Origin: Candidatus Stygibacter australis
Lineage (GTDB): Bacteria; Cloacimonadota; Cloacimonadia; Cloacimonadales; TCS61
DNA: 64,000 bases
NCBI GenBank assembly: GCA_030765845.1
Contig: JAVCDJ010000203.1
Coordinates: 83,947 to 147,946, forward strand
Direction of reading: 5' to 3'
Shown: positions 47,536 to 56,752 of the stretch, one piece after another
Layout of the letters: each line of letters starts with the position of its first letter
How positions within the stretch are numbered: the stretch's first letter is position 1
Program-made: the position numbers and the translations under genes
The notes under the pieces: model-generated
Told to the model about the DNA's origin: nothing
Seen by the model: the letters and a program-made list of their open reading frames with translations, nothing else
Database searches by the model: none

Positions 47536-48786
47536 ATGAAAAGAATCTTATCAGCCACATTATTGGTCTTTTTAATTATTTTGCTCGTTAGTGGGTGTGA
47601 TGGCCGTAATCCTACCTCAACCAGCACAAGTCTTATTATCAGCACTAATCTCGATACGCTGCATATTGGTTCATCAACAAATAGTTGTAATATCAGAGCA
47701 GCAATTACAAGAGATGGTGAAGCTATAGAAGGGGCACAGGTAAATTTCAGTACTAATTTTGGTAAGATCTTTGTTAGTGGAAATTCAAATATTTATGGTG
47801 TTGCTGAAACTACTTTCTGGTATGATGGAAACGAAACCGGAGTTGCCACAATTCGCGCTTCTTATTCCGGGGCTGAAGATCAACTGCAAATCCAAATCGT
47901 TGATGATCTGCCATTTCTCCTGAATATCTGGGCAGATCCGGATACAATATATCTGGGTTCAGGCCAATACAGCACAGACGTGCATGCCCGGCTCACAGAC
48001 AGAGATGGAGTGGCAATATCAAACCAGAACCTGTATTTTGATTCATCCGGGGGATATGTCACCCCAAACGGTATGACCAATGCCAGCGGGTATGCGGAAG
48101 CTGTATATATTCATTCCGGCAATGTAGAAGATGAGATAGAGATTTTAGTTACATACCAGGGAGTTACGGCTGTTAATTTTATTCAGATCTATCAGCTTGA
48201 TATTATTAATCTGGATGTCTGGGCTGATCCAGATACAGTATATGTAGGAACGAGTGCAAATTCAGCAGAAATTTATGCTGAATTAACGGATGCTTTTAAT
48301 AATCCAATTGTTGACGAGCAGATAAGTTTTACCACTAATATCGGTTCCATTCTCGGCTTTGCCGACACAAATAGTAATGGCATCGCCAATTCCACTTTCT
48401 GGTATAATGAAAGACCAGATATCACTGCTGTGATCACCGCTGAGTATCTGGGAATCACAAAAACTGTGAATGTTATTATATTAGAGGATCAGGCTCAGAT
48501 AGTTTTTCTGGAAGCAGACCCATTGATCATATATGCTGATAATAATGTGGAAACATATTCCCTGATCACCACGAGGGTACTGGATAGTGCCGGCTCTCCC
48601 GCGGAAGGTCTGCTTGTAACTTTTGTTACTACAATAGGCTATATGCAGCAGCCTTATGCTGAAACAGATGCCAATGGATATGCTACAAGTCGTCTTCAGG
48701 ATAATGGAATTTATGGAGTGGCTACAGTATATGTAAGTTGTGAAAATGACCAGTCCCAGATTGATGTTCATATTCTTCCGCAATAA
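47536..48786 (+). CDS. Lipoprotein made of tandem bacterial Ig-like (Big_1/invasin-type) domains, paralog 1
   Basis: 416 aa. Lipobox LLVSGC. About four ~95-aa repeats (DPDTIY.G...S..V.A.LTD..G.P...). Confidence 0.7.
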   Translation: MKRILSATLLVFLIILLVSGCDGRNPTSTSTSLIISTNLDTLHIGSSTNSCNIRAAITRDGEAIEGAQVNFSTNFGKIFVSGNSNIYGVAETTFWYDGNETGVATIRASYSGAEDQLQIQIVDDLPFLLNIWADPDTIYLGSGQYSTDVHARLTDRDGVAISNQNLYFDSSGGYVTPNGMTNASGYAEAVYIHSGNVEDEIEILVTYQGVTAVNFIQIYQLDIINLDVWADPDTVYVGTSANSAEIYAELTDAFNNPIVDEQISFTTNIGSILGFADTNSNGIANSTFWYNERPDITAVITAEYLGITKTVNVIILEDQAQIVFLEADPLIIYADNNVETYSLITTRVLDSAGSPAEGLLVTFVTTIGYMQQPYAETDANGYATSRLQDNGIYGVATVYVSCENDQSQIDVHILPQ

Positions 48787-48807
48787 TCTTGAACCGAAGG
48801 AGACATT

Positions 48808-50622
48808 ATGAAGTTCAAATGGATATATCTCTTATTGCTTATAGTTTTTCTCAATAGTTGCCAGAATGATACTACTACCACTTCAGGAGGATATACTCTC
48901 ACCCTGAATTCGATACCGGATACTTTATTCACACACACGGCTCCTAATTCGGCTGAGGTTACTGCCATGCTGATCAATGATAATTATCCTGTTTCGGGTG
49001 TAGAGATCCAATTTGCTGCCGATACGGGTGAATTAGCCGGTTCAGCAATAACAAATAATAATGGAATTGCTACATCAATTTATCATGCAAATACCGCCCA
49101 GCCCGGAACTGCCACTATAACTGCCAGTTATGATGATATTGAAGCTGCTACTGAGATCACAATTATCAGCAGTGGTGTTACTCTGACCCTCATCTCATCT
49201 GCAGAAACCCTGTTTGTGGGCTCGGGAGAAAATACCTGCCAGATCACGGCAATATATACTGAGAATGATCAACCTGTACCGGATGCTCAAGTTTTCTTTA
49301 CTACTGACCTGGGGGAGATCACTGCTTTTAACGTAACTGATGAAAATGGCATGGCAACTGCTACATATCTGAACAGCAATCTGGATACCGGTATTGTCAA
49401 TATTAGTGCCACCTGCAATGGACTTGAAGCATTTACTAATATTATGCTGGATTTGGACCCTGCTTTGCAAATGAACATCTCAACAACAGCAGATACCCTG
49501 TTTCTGGGTTCTGGTATTGATACTTGCCAGATCAGAGCTGAATTAACCCGAAATGGCGCCCCTGTAGCCGGAGCTCCAGTCAGTTTCACTTCTGATATTG
49601 GAAGTATCACTGCCAGTGATATTACAGATAATGATGGTATTGCAGAAGCCACTTTCACTTATGATGGTTCTGAGCCAGCAATAGCTACTTGTCAGGTTGC
49701 TTTTTCCTCCCTGCAGGATGAAATTGTCATCAATATTGTGGAGGATGCCATAAATGACTTGGAAGTCTGGGCTGATCCCAATATGATATTTCTGGATTCT
49801 GGTAATTATGACACAGATGTGTTTGCCAGCTTAACCGATCATGATGGAAATCCCATTTCTGATGAAGTCATCAATTTTGAAGTGAGTTCAGGATTTATAC
49901 CCTCGAGCTCGATCACTAATTCCCAGGGATTAGCAGAAGTAGTATATGTCTTTTCTGGTGATGAGGAAGAAATTATCCAGATCACAGCAACACATCAGAA
50001 TCAATCAGCGATCGGTTATATTTATGCCCTGCAGCCTGAGATAGTACTTACTGCCTGGGCTGAGCCTGACACTATTTATCAGGGCACAAGTGCCAATTAT
50101 GCCGATGTCTATGCTCAATTGACCACGGAGTTCGGATCACCGATTACGGGTGTCCAGATCAATTTTTCTACTACTGTAGGCTCTATCCTGGGGTATGGTT
50201 CCACAAATAGCCAGGGAATAGCGAACACCACTTTCTGGTACAATGAAAGACCTGATATCATTGCTGATATCACTGCTACTTATCAGGGACTTGCTGCCAC
50301 CACCAGTGTGACCATACTGGAAGATCAGCTCGAAATTGTTGCTCTGGAAGCTGATCCGCTCATCATCTATGCTGATAACGACCCGGAAACATATTCCACT
50401 GTCCGTGCCAGAGTTTATGATAGTGCCGGTTTGCCTGTTGAAGATGCAATTGTCACTTTTGAAACCAATCTCGGCTATATGACTTTAGATACCGCCCAGA
50501 CCAATTTCTCCGGCTGGGCAACCAATATGCTGCATGATAACGGTGTTTCTGGTGTGGCAACTATATATATAACCTGTGATAATGACTATTCACAAATAGA
50601 TGTTCAGATTATTGATGAATAA
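48808..50622 (+). CDS. Big-domain lipoprotein, paralog 2
   Basis: 604 aa. Lipobox FLNSC. About six Ig-like repeats. The C-terminal 190 aa are ~60-65% identical to paralog 1. Confidence 0.7.
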   Translation: MKFKWIYLLLLIVFLNSCQNDTTTTSGGYTLTLNSIPDTLFTHTAPNSAEVTAMLINDNYPVSGVEIQFAADTGELAGSAITNNNGIATSIYHANTAQPGTATITASYDDIEAATEITIISSGVTLTLISSAETLFVGSGENTCQITAIYTENDQPVPDAQVFFTTDLGEITAFNVTDENGMATATYLNSNLDTGIVNISATCNGLEAFTNIMLDLDPALQMNISTTADTLFLGSGIDTCQIRAELTRNGAPVAGAPVSFTSDIGSITASDITDNDGIAEATFTYDGSEPAIATCQVAFSSLQDEIVINIVEDAINDLEVWADPNMIFLDSGNYDTDVFASLTDHDGNPISDEVINFEVSSGFIPSSSITNSQGLAEVVYVFSGDEEEIIQITATHQNQSAIGYIYALQPEIVLTAWAEPDTIYQGTSANYADVYAQLTTEFGSPITGVQINFSTTVGSILGYGSTNSQGIANTTFWYNERPDIIADITATYQGLAATTSVTILEDQLEIVALEADPLIIYADNDPETYSTVRARVYDSAGLPVEDAIVTFETNLGYMTLDTAQTNFSGWATNMLHDNGVSGVATIYITCDNDYSQIDVQIIDE

Positions 50623-50640
50623 AAAATAGTAAGGAATAAA

Positions 50641-52095
50641 ATGAAATACACCCAAATAATCATATTAGCCTGTATTTTACTCATAATCACTTCATGTGAT
50701 TCACGAAATGTGGAACCGGAATCTTTTCAATTGACACTTCATGCTAACCCTGAGACCATCTTCAGAGATAATAATGAAACCTATTCCATTATTTCTGCTA
50801 TCGTTAAAGACGATAATGATTTCGGTATCTCAGGTACTGAAGTGAAATTCCGTACTAATATCGGCAGCATTATCGGTGCAGTCTCAACTGACAGCTCAGG
50901 TGTGGCAGAATCAACCTTCTGGGACAGCAATGACCTGGGAGTTGCTACCATCGAAGCTTTTGTAGGGGATGTTTCTGCTTCTACTCAGGTTACTATTCAG
51001 GAGCTGGTTAATAATGAAGTTGCTTCCATCGCCTTTGATAATGCCCCGCTGAATATTCAGGTGCAGGGTACTGGTGGTCAGGAAAGCGGTGTTCTGAGAG
51101 CTTATCTCCATGACCTTAATGGCAATATTATAGATACTAATCAGGGAGTATTTTTTCAGCTGCTAAGCCATCCTCTTGGTGCTTTGATCAATGGGCAAAC
51201 AGAATCGGACACTGTATCTGCTCAGAACGGCTCAGCTGCTGTGATCATCTCCAGCGGTACTGCTTCTGGTATTGTGAGTGTGAGAGCTTCTACATACACT
51301 GAAGAAGGTATACTGATCAGTGCCGAAAAATCAAATATTATTATCCATTCCGGACCGCCTAATTCAGTTGATTTCTCCATCAGCGGTGATGACAGTGGTG
51401 AAGATATGGGTGGCGGACTCTGGGTCGTGGAAGTGAGTGCACTGCTTACTGATAGTTATGGAAATCCCGTAGATTCAGGCACAGCAGTATTTTTCTCTCT
51501 GCCGGAAGATCCTGATTTTGCCTCAGTTCAAGCCAATTCATATGTGGGTAATGAAAATGCCAATGGTGATACTCTGCAAGGAACCGCCTACACAAACCTC
51601 ATCTACGAAGGCACAATGACCAATAACTTTGTGATGGTGCAGGTAGATACCGGTGAATTCAGCGACAATGACTCCCTGCGTTTACCTCTCCAGGCTCCGC
51701 ATCTGGATATCACTGTTACTCCCGCTCATATTGACTGGGATGAAAGCAGTCCCAATAATCCTCCTGATGATCAGTCAACAACTGTACGGGTAATAGTGAA
51801 GGATGGTCAAAATAATCCTATTAATAACCAGAGAGTGATATTCTCATCTTCTTTGGGGGACCCAGTGGATATGGGTACTGATGAAGATAATGATGATTTT
51901 ACTGAGATAACAGGACAGCAGGGTGAAGCTGGACTCGTGCTCAAAGATATTGAGTTTCACCGTTATGAATGCCCCGCTCCAGGTCCCGGAGGGCCCGGAT
52001 TCGCAACCTGCACGATAACAGCCACGCTTCTGGGAAATGTAGTCTCAGGCTCATCAGTTATCTCCCTTTTCCGCTACGAAGATTTCAATCCCTGA
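50641..52095 (+). CDS. Big-domain lipoprotein, paralog 3 (more diverged)
   Basis: 484 aa. Lipobox IITSC. Ig-like repeats. Confidence 0.65.
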   Translation: MKYTQIIILACILLIITSCDSRNVEPESFQLTLHANPETIFRDNNETYSIISAIVKDDNDFGISGTEVKFRTNIGSIIGAVSTDSSGVAESTFWDSNDLGVATIEAFVGDVSASTQVTIQELVNNEVASIAFDNAPLNIQVQGTGGQESGVLRAYLHDLNGNIIDTNQGVFFQLLSHPLGALINGQTESDTVSAQNGSAAVIISSGTASGIVSVRASTYTEEGILISAEKSNIIIHSGPPNSVDFSISGDDSGEDMGGGLWVVEVSALLTDSYGNPVDSGTAVFFSLPEDPDFASVQANSYVGNENANGDTLQGTAYTNLIYEGTMTNNFVMVQVDTGEFSDNDSLRLPLQAPHLDITVTPAHIDWDESSPNNPPDDQSTTVRVIVKDGQNNPINNQRVIFSSSLGDPVDMGTDEDNDDFTEITGQQGEAGLVLKDIEFHRYECPAPGPGGPGFATCTITATLLGNVVSGSSVISLFRYEDFNP

Positions 52096-52266
52096 TCCCT
52101 CAAAAGTTAGATTTACCAGAACAACTGTTTCCTAATTAAATAGTTGAATTTTATCCAAAAATACCCACTAACCCGAAATTTCCCTGATTCCTCCCATTTC
52201 CCCCGTATTTTAACCCTAAAATATCCCTATTCCCCCTATCTACAAACAATTTACAGGATTTAAGGA

Positions 52267-52320
52267 GGAACAACTTAGCACTATCTAACAAAAAAATGTC
52301 ACTATGTGCTTTGTTGTTCC
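52267..52320 (+). repeat. Family-H hairpin element, copy H5
   Basis: GGAACAACTTAGCAC-TATCTAACAAAAAAATGTCACTAT-GTGCTTTGTTGTTCC. Confidence 0.85.
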
Positions 52321-52333
52321 ACTTCCAAGTGGC

Positions 52334-52384
52334 TTCATAATTAGTATAAAATATACGTTAATCATCGGAAAAAGTGAAAAATGG
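52334..52384 (+). repeat. 51-nt module TTCATAATTAGTATAAAA.A.ACGTTAA.CATC.GAAAAAGT.AAA, copy 1
   Basis: About 85% identical to 60406-60455 in the same orientation. The two copies bracket the 52-60 kb island. Confidence 0.8.
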
Positions 52385-52415
52385 AATTTCAGGGGAATTA
52401 CTCAGATTGAGAATT

Positions 52416-52448
52416 ATGGACAATATGGACGGAATGGACATGATGGAT
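52416..52448 (+). repeat. 9-bp-phased TGGAC array, copy D2
   Basis: ATGGACaatATGGACggaATGGACatgATGGAT, 21 nt upstream of TTGACA (52470-52475). Confidence 0.85.
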
Positions 52449-52469
52449 GAAAAGTGAAAAATAAAAACA

Positions 52470-52499
52470 TTGACAGGCGGCTTAAGTTTTAGCTATTTG
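52470..52499 (+). promoter_or_regulatory. Promoter candidate for the AbiL-like operon
   Basis: TTGACA (52470-52475), 18-nt spacer, then TATTTG (52494-52499), 40 nt before the ATG. Confidence 0.35.
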
Positions 52500-52538
52500 C
52501 AATTATTATGCAGATAGTTCAAAAAGAAGGTAATAAAA

Positions 52539-53915
52539 ATGATAATTAGTTTTTCTGTCAGCAATTTTCTTTCCATAAAGGAAGAGCAGGTTTTAAGTTT
52601 TGAGGCAAGCAGTGATGAGAGTTATAATGAATACTTTATCCGGGAAATCGGCAAATACAGGCTTCTTAAGATGGGAATCATTTATGGGGCAAATGCCTCT
52701 GGCAAGACCAATATTTTAAAAGCACTCGATGTTCTAAGACAGCTTGTGACAAGATCACGTGATGCAGATAAGGATATATATTACACTCCGTTTTTATTTG
52801 ATGATGAATATAAGACGGGAAACTGCAAAATGAAGCTTGAGTTTCTGGTAGGGGATGAGGGTAAATATGTAAAACACATTTATGAACTGGAATTTAATGC
52901 CAAAGAAATAGTAAATGAGTCTTTGAAATATTATCCAGGCCAGCAGCCGGCTATGATTTATAATAGGGTAAAAAATACAAATCTGGAGAGGGGGTACACG
53001 TTAAAATTTAGTAATGGTTCAAAACCTAAATCAGAGGAGCAGAATATTCTGGAAAGCAGTACTTTGATCAATAATACAATATTATCAGCTTTTAATAAAG
53101 TGAATCCCATAATTCCCAAAACGAAACGTGTGAGAAAATGGTTTGATTACTACATGACACGGTTGTTATCACAGGAAAATAAAGCTGATGAGAAAACAGC
53201 TGATGTTTTTTTTAAGAAATCCATACAGAGACAGGGAATTTTAAATGAATTTATAAAAAAAGCTGACTATAATGTTTCTAAATTTATTATTTCAGAAGGA
53301 AATTGGAAATTTACAGAAGATAGAAAAGATTTTGCATTAAAATTTGGTGAATTAATTTATTCCTTAGATGAGTCAAACTCTGCGATGTCAAATTGGAAAA
53401 ACCAAATTGATAAAATAACTCAATTACCAATTACAAAAAAAGAACTTAGTCATGTTTACAAGGTTAAGGGAGAATTAAAGGAGGGTAATTTACCATATCT
53501 GCTGGAGTCAAATGGGACTAAACGGAGTTTTGAATTGGCAGCGCCACTTATAGAGAATTTAATGAAGGGTAAAATAATGATATTAGATGAGATAGAATCT
53601 TCACTTCATTTTGATTTAGTGAAATATATCATATTAGTATTTCTGGCAAATTCTGAGAATTCGCAGATGCTTTTTACTACCCATAATCTTCTTTTGCTGG
53701 ACTGGGATATCTTACGTCATGATGTTATCTGGTTTACAGAGAAGAAAGAAGATGGCTCAACAGACTTATATTCTCTGGCAGACTTTAAGGAATTGAATCG
53801 TAGTAATATATTGAAAAGATACTTAAGTGGTCAGTTTGGAGCAAAACCAGACATCTATGATTATAAGCTGAATCTGCAGGATCTGAAAGAGGATAGCAGT
53901 GGCAAGAAAAATTAA
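52539..53915 (+). CDS. AAA_21/ABC-type ATPase (AbiLi/RloA-like)
   Basis: 458 aa. Walker A GANASGKTN, Walker B IMILDEIESSLH, H-loop TTHN. Overlaps the downstream RloB-like gene by 17 nt. Confidence 0.7.
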   Translation: MIISFSVSNFLSIKEEQVLSFEASSDESYNEYFIREIGKYRLLKMGIIYGANASGKTNILKALDVLRQLVTRSRDADKDIYYTPFLFDDEYKTGNCKMKLEFLVGDEGKYVKHIYELEFNAKEIVNESLKYYPGQQPAMIYNRVKNTNLERGYTLKFSNGSKPKSEEQNILESSTLINNTILSAFNKVNPIIPKTKRVRKWFDYYMTRLLSQENKADEKTADVFFKKSIQRQGILNEFIKKADYNVSKFIISEGNWKFTEDRKDFALKFGELIYSLDESNSAMSNWKNQIDKITQLPITKKELSHVYKVKGELKEGNLPYLLESNGTKRSFELAAPLIENLMKGKIMILDEIESSLHFDLVKYIILVFLANSENSQMLFTTHNLLLLDWDILRHDVIWFTEKKEDGSTDLYSLADFKELNRSNILKRYLSGQFGAKPDIYDYKLNLQDLKEDSSGKKN

Positions 53916-54513
53916 AAAGCGGAAATTAGAGAAAAAAATTTTGATCCTGGGCGAAGGAACCAGTGAGCAATCGTATTTTATAGAAATGAAAGAATCAGAG
54001 CATCTCAGTTATACTATTAAACCTGAATTGCCTAAGAACTCCAATTATGATACTATTTTCAAAAAGGCGGAAAACGAAGCAGAATATTACTTAAAGGTAT
54101 TTTGTCTAATAGACTTAGATTATATCATCAGGGATGGATTGTATTCAGAATATAATAATTATAAGCAGAAATTACAAAGAGAAAATAAGAATGTACAGAT
54201 ATTTGAGAATTATCCCTGCCTGGAAACCTGGTTTGCCTTTCACTATGCGTATTTCAGCAGAGAATTTGCATCCTGTAAAGACCTGATAAATGAATTTTTA
54301 AATATCAAAAATCGCTTAATGGATTATAAAAAGGGAGCCAGTTCCAGGAAATATTATAATCAACTAAAACCGTATCAAAATGAAGCAATTATAAGAGCTG
54401 AAAGAACTTTTCAAAATAGATCGAATGGGATTGCTGAAAATCTCTACCGAGTGAACGATTGCCAGGTGGCATTTACCGAAATATATCTGATTATCAGGGA
54501 ATTATTGAGCTAA
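53899..54513 (+). CDS. RloB-like (TOPRIM-related) protein (AbiLii-like)
   Basis: 204 aa. GTG start 5 nt after AAGAGGA. N-terminal ILILGEGTSEQSYF and internal CLIDLDY match the RloB family pattern as I know it. Confidence 0.65.
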   Translation: MARKIKKRKLEKKILILGEGTSEQSYFIEMKESEHLSYTIKPELPKNSNYDTIFKKAENEAEYYLKVFCLIDLDYIIRDGLYSEYNNYKQKLQRENKNVQIFENYPCLETWFAFHYAYFSREFASCKDLINEFLNIKNRLMDYKKGASSRKYYNQLKPYQNEAIIRAERTFQNRSNGIAENLYRVNDCQVAFTEIYLIIRELLS

Positions 54514-54572
54514 TAGGATAATTACATAATAGATAAAAAACCGATTATTATTTTTGTAATTTTTCGCGCTAT

Positions 54573-54595
54573 TTAGTGGATTTAGTGGTTGATAA
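54573..54595 (+). repeat. TTAGTG(N3)TTAGTGGTT(G/A)AT(A/G)A motif, copy 1
   Basis: TTAGTGGATTTAGTGGTTGATAA, compared with 60611-60633 TTAGTGACATTAGTGGTTAATGA. In both places TTTGTTTTGTGGACGGA and ATACTTGACT follow downstream. Confidence 0.7.
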
Positions 54596-55105
54596 ACTTT
54601 TTTTTAGAACCACGAAAAACGCGAAAGGACGGGAATAATAATCAGTTATTTTTATAAGATGATTTGTCTTTACATTTTTTTTGTTTTGTGGACGGAGTGC
54701 CAATAATAATTACCTGTATTAAAAAAAATACTTGACTGGGAATATTTTTTATATTCGTTTGTCTCTGGTTAGACAAAGAGTTGGCTTATTGGGAATGTAA
54801 TATTTTGAATCAATGTTGTTTTAAAGATTGAAATTACATGATGTGGAGTCTATACTATATGAAATAACATAATTGTAATTTACGTGATTCAGAGAATATG
54901 AGAGTCATCTAGGATATAATAAAGATAAATCCAAAGTACTAATTGAGATTTATGGATGTTGTTTCCCCGTTATATAGCTAGATATTTCAAAGATTTGAGG
55001 AGGGTTTTATTGATACTTTCACAAATCTTTGAAAGTAGCTTTATTAGCATTAATTAAGTACTAAAAAAATAGGTGAAACAAAAAAGAAAGAAAAGGAGTT
55101 GAACG

Positions 55106-55813
55106 ATGGAAAACACTGATTTAAAAATCGGATTAGCAATGTTAGAGGATGTTGAAAATGACTTAGAAGCAACATATGGTAATGTTCTTGCCTGGGGACC
55201 TATTACAAGTATCGAAGGCTTTAATGGAAGAGGAGCAACACAAAGGCTGACAAAAGATTTGAAAGTTGCTAAAAAGAAAATTGGCGATTTCCAACAAGGT
55301 CAAGCAAAAGCAGCCTTTTTAATGGGAAGAATTTGTGCTGTTGGTGTGGGTAGAGATTTTAGCCATCGGATACACCTTAAATGTATGAAATATTATGAAG
55401 AAGCAATTGAATTAGGTTATGATGAAGCGATAGTGAAGTATTGTATGGCTAAACATAAAGATGCCTGGGATAAAAAGAAGGCATCTATTGAACTTTACGA
55501 GAGAGTTGTAGAATTAATGGGGATTGATAATCCCAATGGAATGGATTCAGCAAAGCAAATAGAAAAACTTAAATCAAAAAAAGGTTGTTTCATTGCGACA
55601 GCAGTATATGGTTCCTATTCTGCACCTGAAGTCATAGTGTTAAGAAGATTTAGAGATGACATTTTATTACCTTCGCAAATTGGAAGTATTTTTGTAAAAT
55701 TCTATTATCTTACTTCACCGCCTATTGCGAGGTTTTTAGAGAAACATAAACTTCTGCAGAAATTTGTCCGAGATTTTATAATTCAGCCTATTGTGAATTT
55801 GTGTAAAAAATAA
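55106..55813 (+). CDS. Hypothetical protein: Sel1/TPR-like N-terminal part and a C-terminal GCFIATAxYGS-type conserved domain
   Basis: 235 aa. SD AAGGAG. No signal peptide. C-terminus KKGCFIATAVYGSYSAPEVIVLRRFRDDILL...FVKFYYLTSPPIARFL is a recurrent domain of unknown function that I recognise by motif only. Confidence 0.6.
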   Translation: MENTDLKIGLAMLEDVENDLEATYGNVLAWGPITSIEGFNGRGATQRLTKDLKVAKKKIGDFQQGQAKAAFLMGRICAVGVGRDFSHRIHLKCMKYYEEAIELGYDEAIVKYCMAKHKDAWDKKKASIELYERVVELMGIDNPNGMDSAKQIEKLKSKKGCFIATAVYGSYSAPEVIVLRRFRDDILLPSQIGSIFVKFYYLTSPPIARFLEKHKLLQKFVRDFIIQPIVNLCKK

Positions 55814-55838
55814 TAATTAATCTATTTATGGAGGGAAA

Positions 55839-56696
55839 ATGGATAAAATTCAAGAAGTGATCGATGAGATTATAGAAGAACCATATACGATGGCATTTTG
55901 CTATAATTGTGGAACAGAAAATCAAGATGCAGAAGAAAATGATATATGTAAAAACTGTGGGGAAAAAATATCACTATCAATTAATGAATTAAAAGGAAAA
56001 ATCAAGCGATATTGCCGAGAATGCGGAGAGCAAATTAATGAATCAGAGGATTATTGTTTAGCTTGTGGTATGGATATAGAATTGTCTACTGAAGATTTGC
56101 TCTGCATGGTATTGTTAGAACTTATTGAAGAAGAAGACCGTAAAGATGCTCTTGAATTCGGTAAGAATTTACTTGAATATCTAGAAGGTCATTATCAAAG
56201 GTTTGTGGCTTCAGGTTTTATGAAATCAATATACGGTGAATTATTTGTAGAGAAGTTTGGAAATTCATCTCCTGATCTTACTTTTGCACAAATACCTGAT
56301 AGTGAGTTAAATGATGATATTTTCGCAAGCATACTAGAATATTCTCAAATTACAATCGAAGAATTTAACCAACTTCCATCAAAAAGAAAGCAGATTCTTG
56401 AAAAATTTCCATTAAGAAGGAAAATGATTCAAGATATGAAGACAATTTGTTATGAAGGACCAATTGAGTTGGCTAAACGTGGTTTAACTAATAAATCAAA
56501 CAATCCCCAAGCTACAAAAAAAACTTATAAATATTCATCACATGGTTCATTTCAGGGTTCAAAAGGTATACTTATACTTTGGGGAAGTTTAACATTAATT
56601 TCTTTAATTTGCTTAATTGCTGGTTTGGGGGGGCTCTTCTCTATGATATTGTTTGGTGCAATAACTTACTATTATTGGAAATCGAAAACAATATAA
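55839..56696 (+). CDS. Double zinc-ribbon protein with a C-terminal two-helix membrane anchor
   Basis: 285 aa. SD GGAGGG. CYNCG...CKNCG and CRECG...CLACG. C-terminus GILILWGSLTLISLICLIAGLGGLFSMILFGAITYYYW. Confidence 0.6.
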   Translation: MDKIQEVIDEIIEEPYTMAFCYNCGTENQDAEENDICKNCGEKISLSINELKGKIKRYCRECGEQINESEDYCLACGMDIELSTEDLLCMVLLELIEEEDRKDALEFGKNLLEYLEGHYQRFVASGFMKSIYGELFVEKFGNSSPDLTFAQIPDSELNDDIFASILEYSQITIEEFNQLPSKRKQILEKFPLRRKMIQDMKTICYEGPIELAKRGLTNKSNNPQATKKTYKYSSHGSFQGSKGILILWGSLTLISLICLIAGLGGLFSMILFGAITYYYWKSKTI

Positions 56697-56752
56697 TTAT
56701 TTAGAGGAGTTTAAATAACATTTATCAAATCAGGTGATAGATGTAAAATTGT

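Noticed and set aside
9760-52320. H hairpins as ordinary Rho-independent terminators.
   Set aside because: No U-tract follows any copy. Two copies sit between divergently transcribed genes. The genes upstream of H3 and H4 already have their own terminator hairpins.
52416-52448. The TGGAC arrays or other short repeats as a CRISPR array.
   Set aside because: The units are 9 bp with 3-nt spacers, only four per array, and no cas genes are present. This is not CRISPR architecture.
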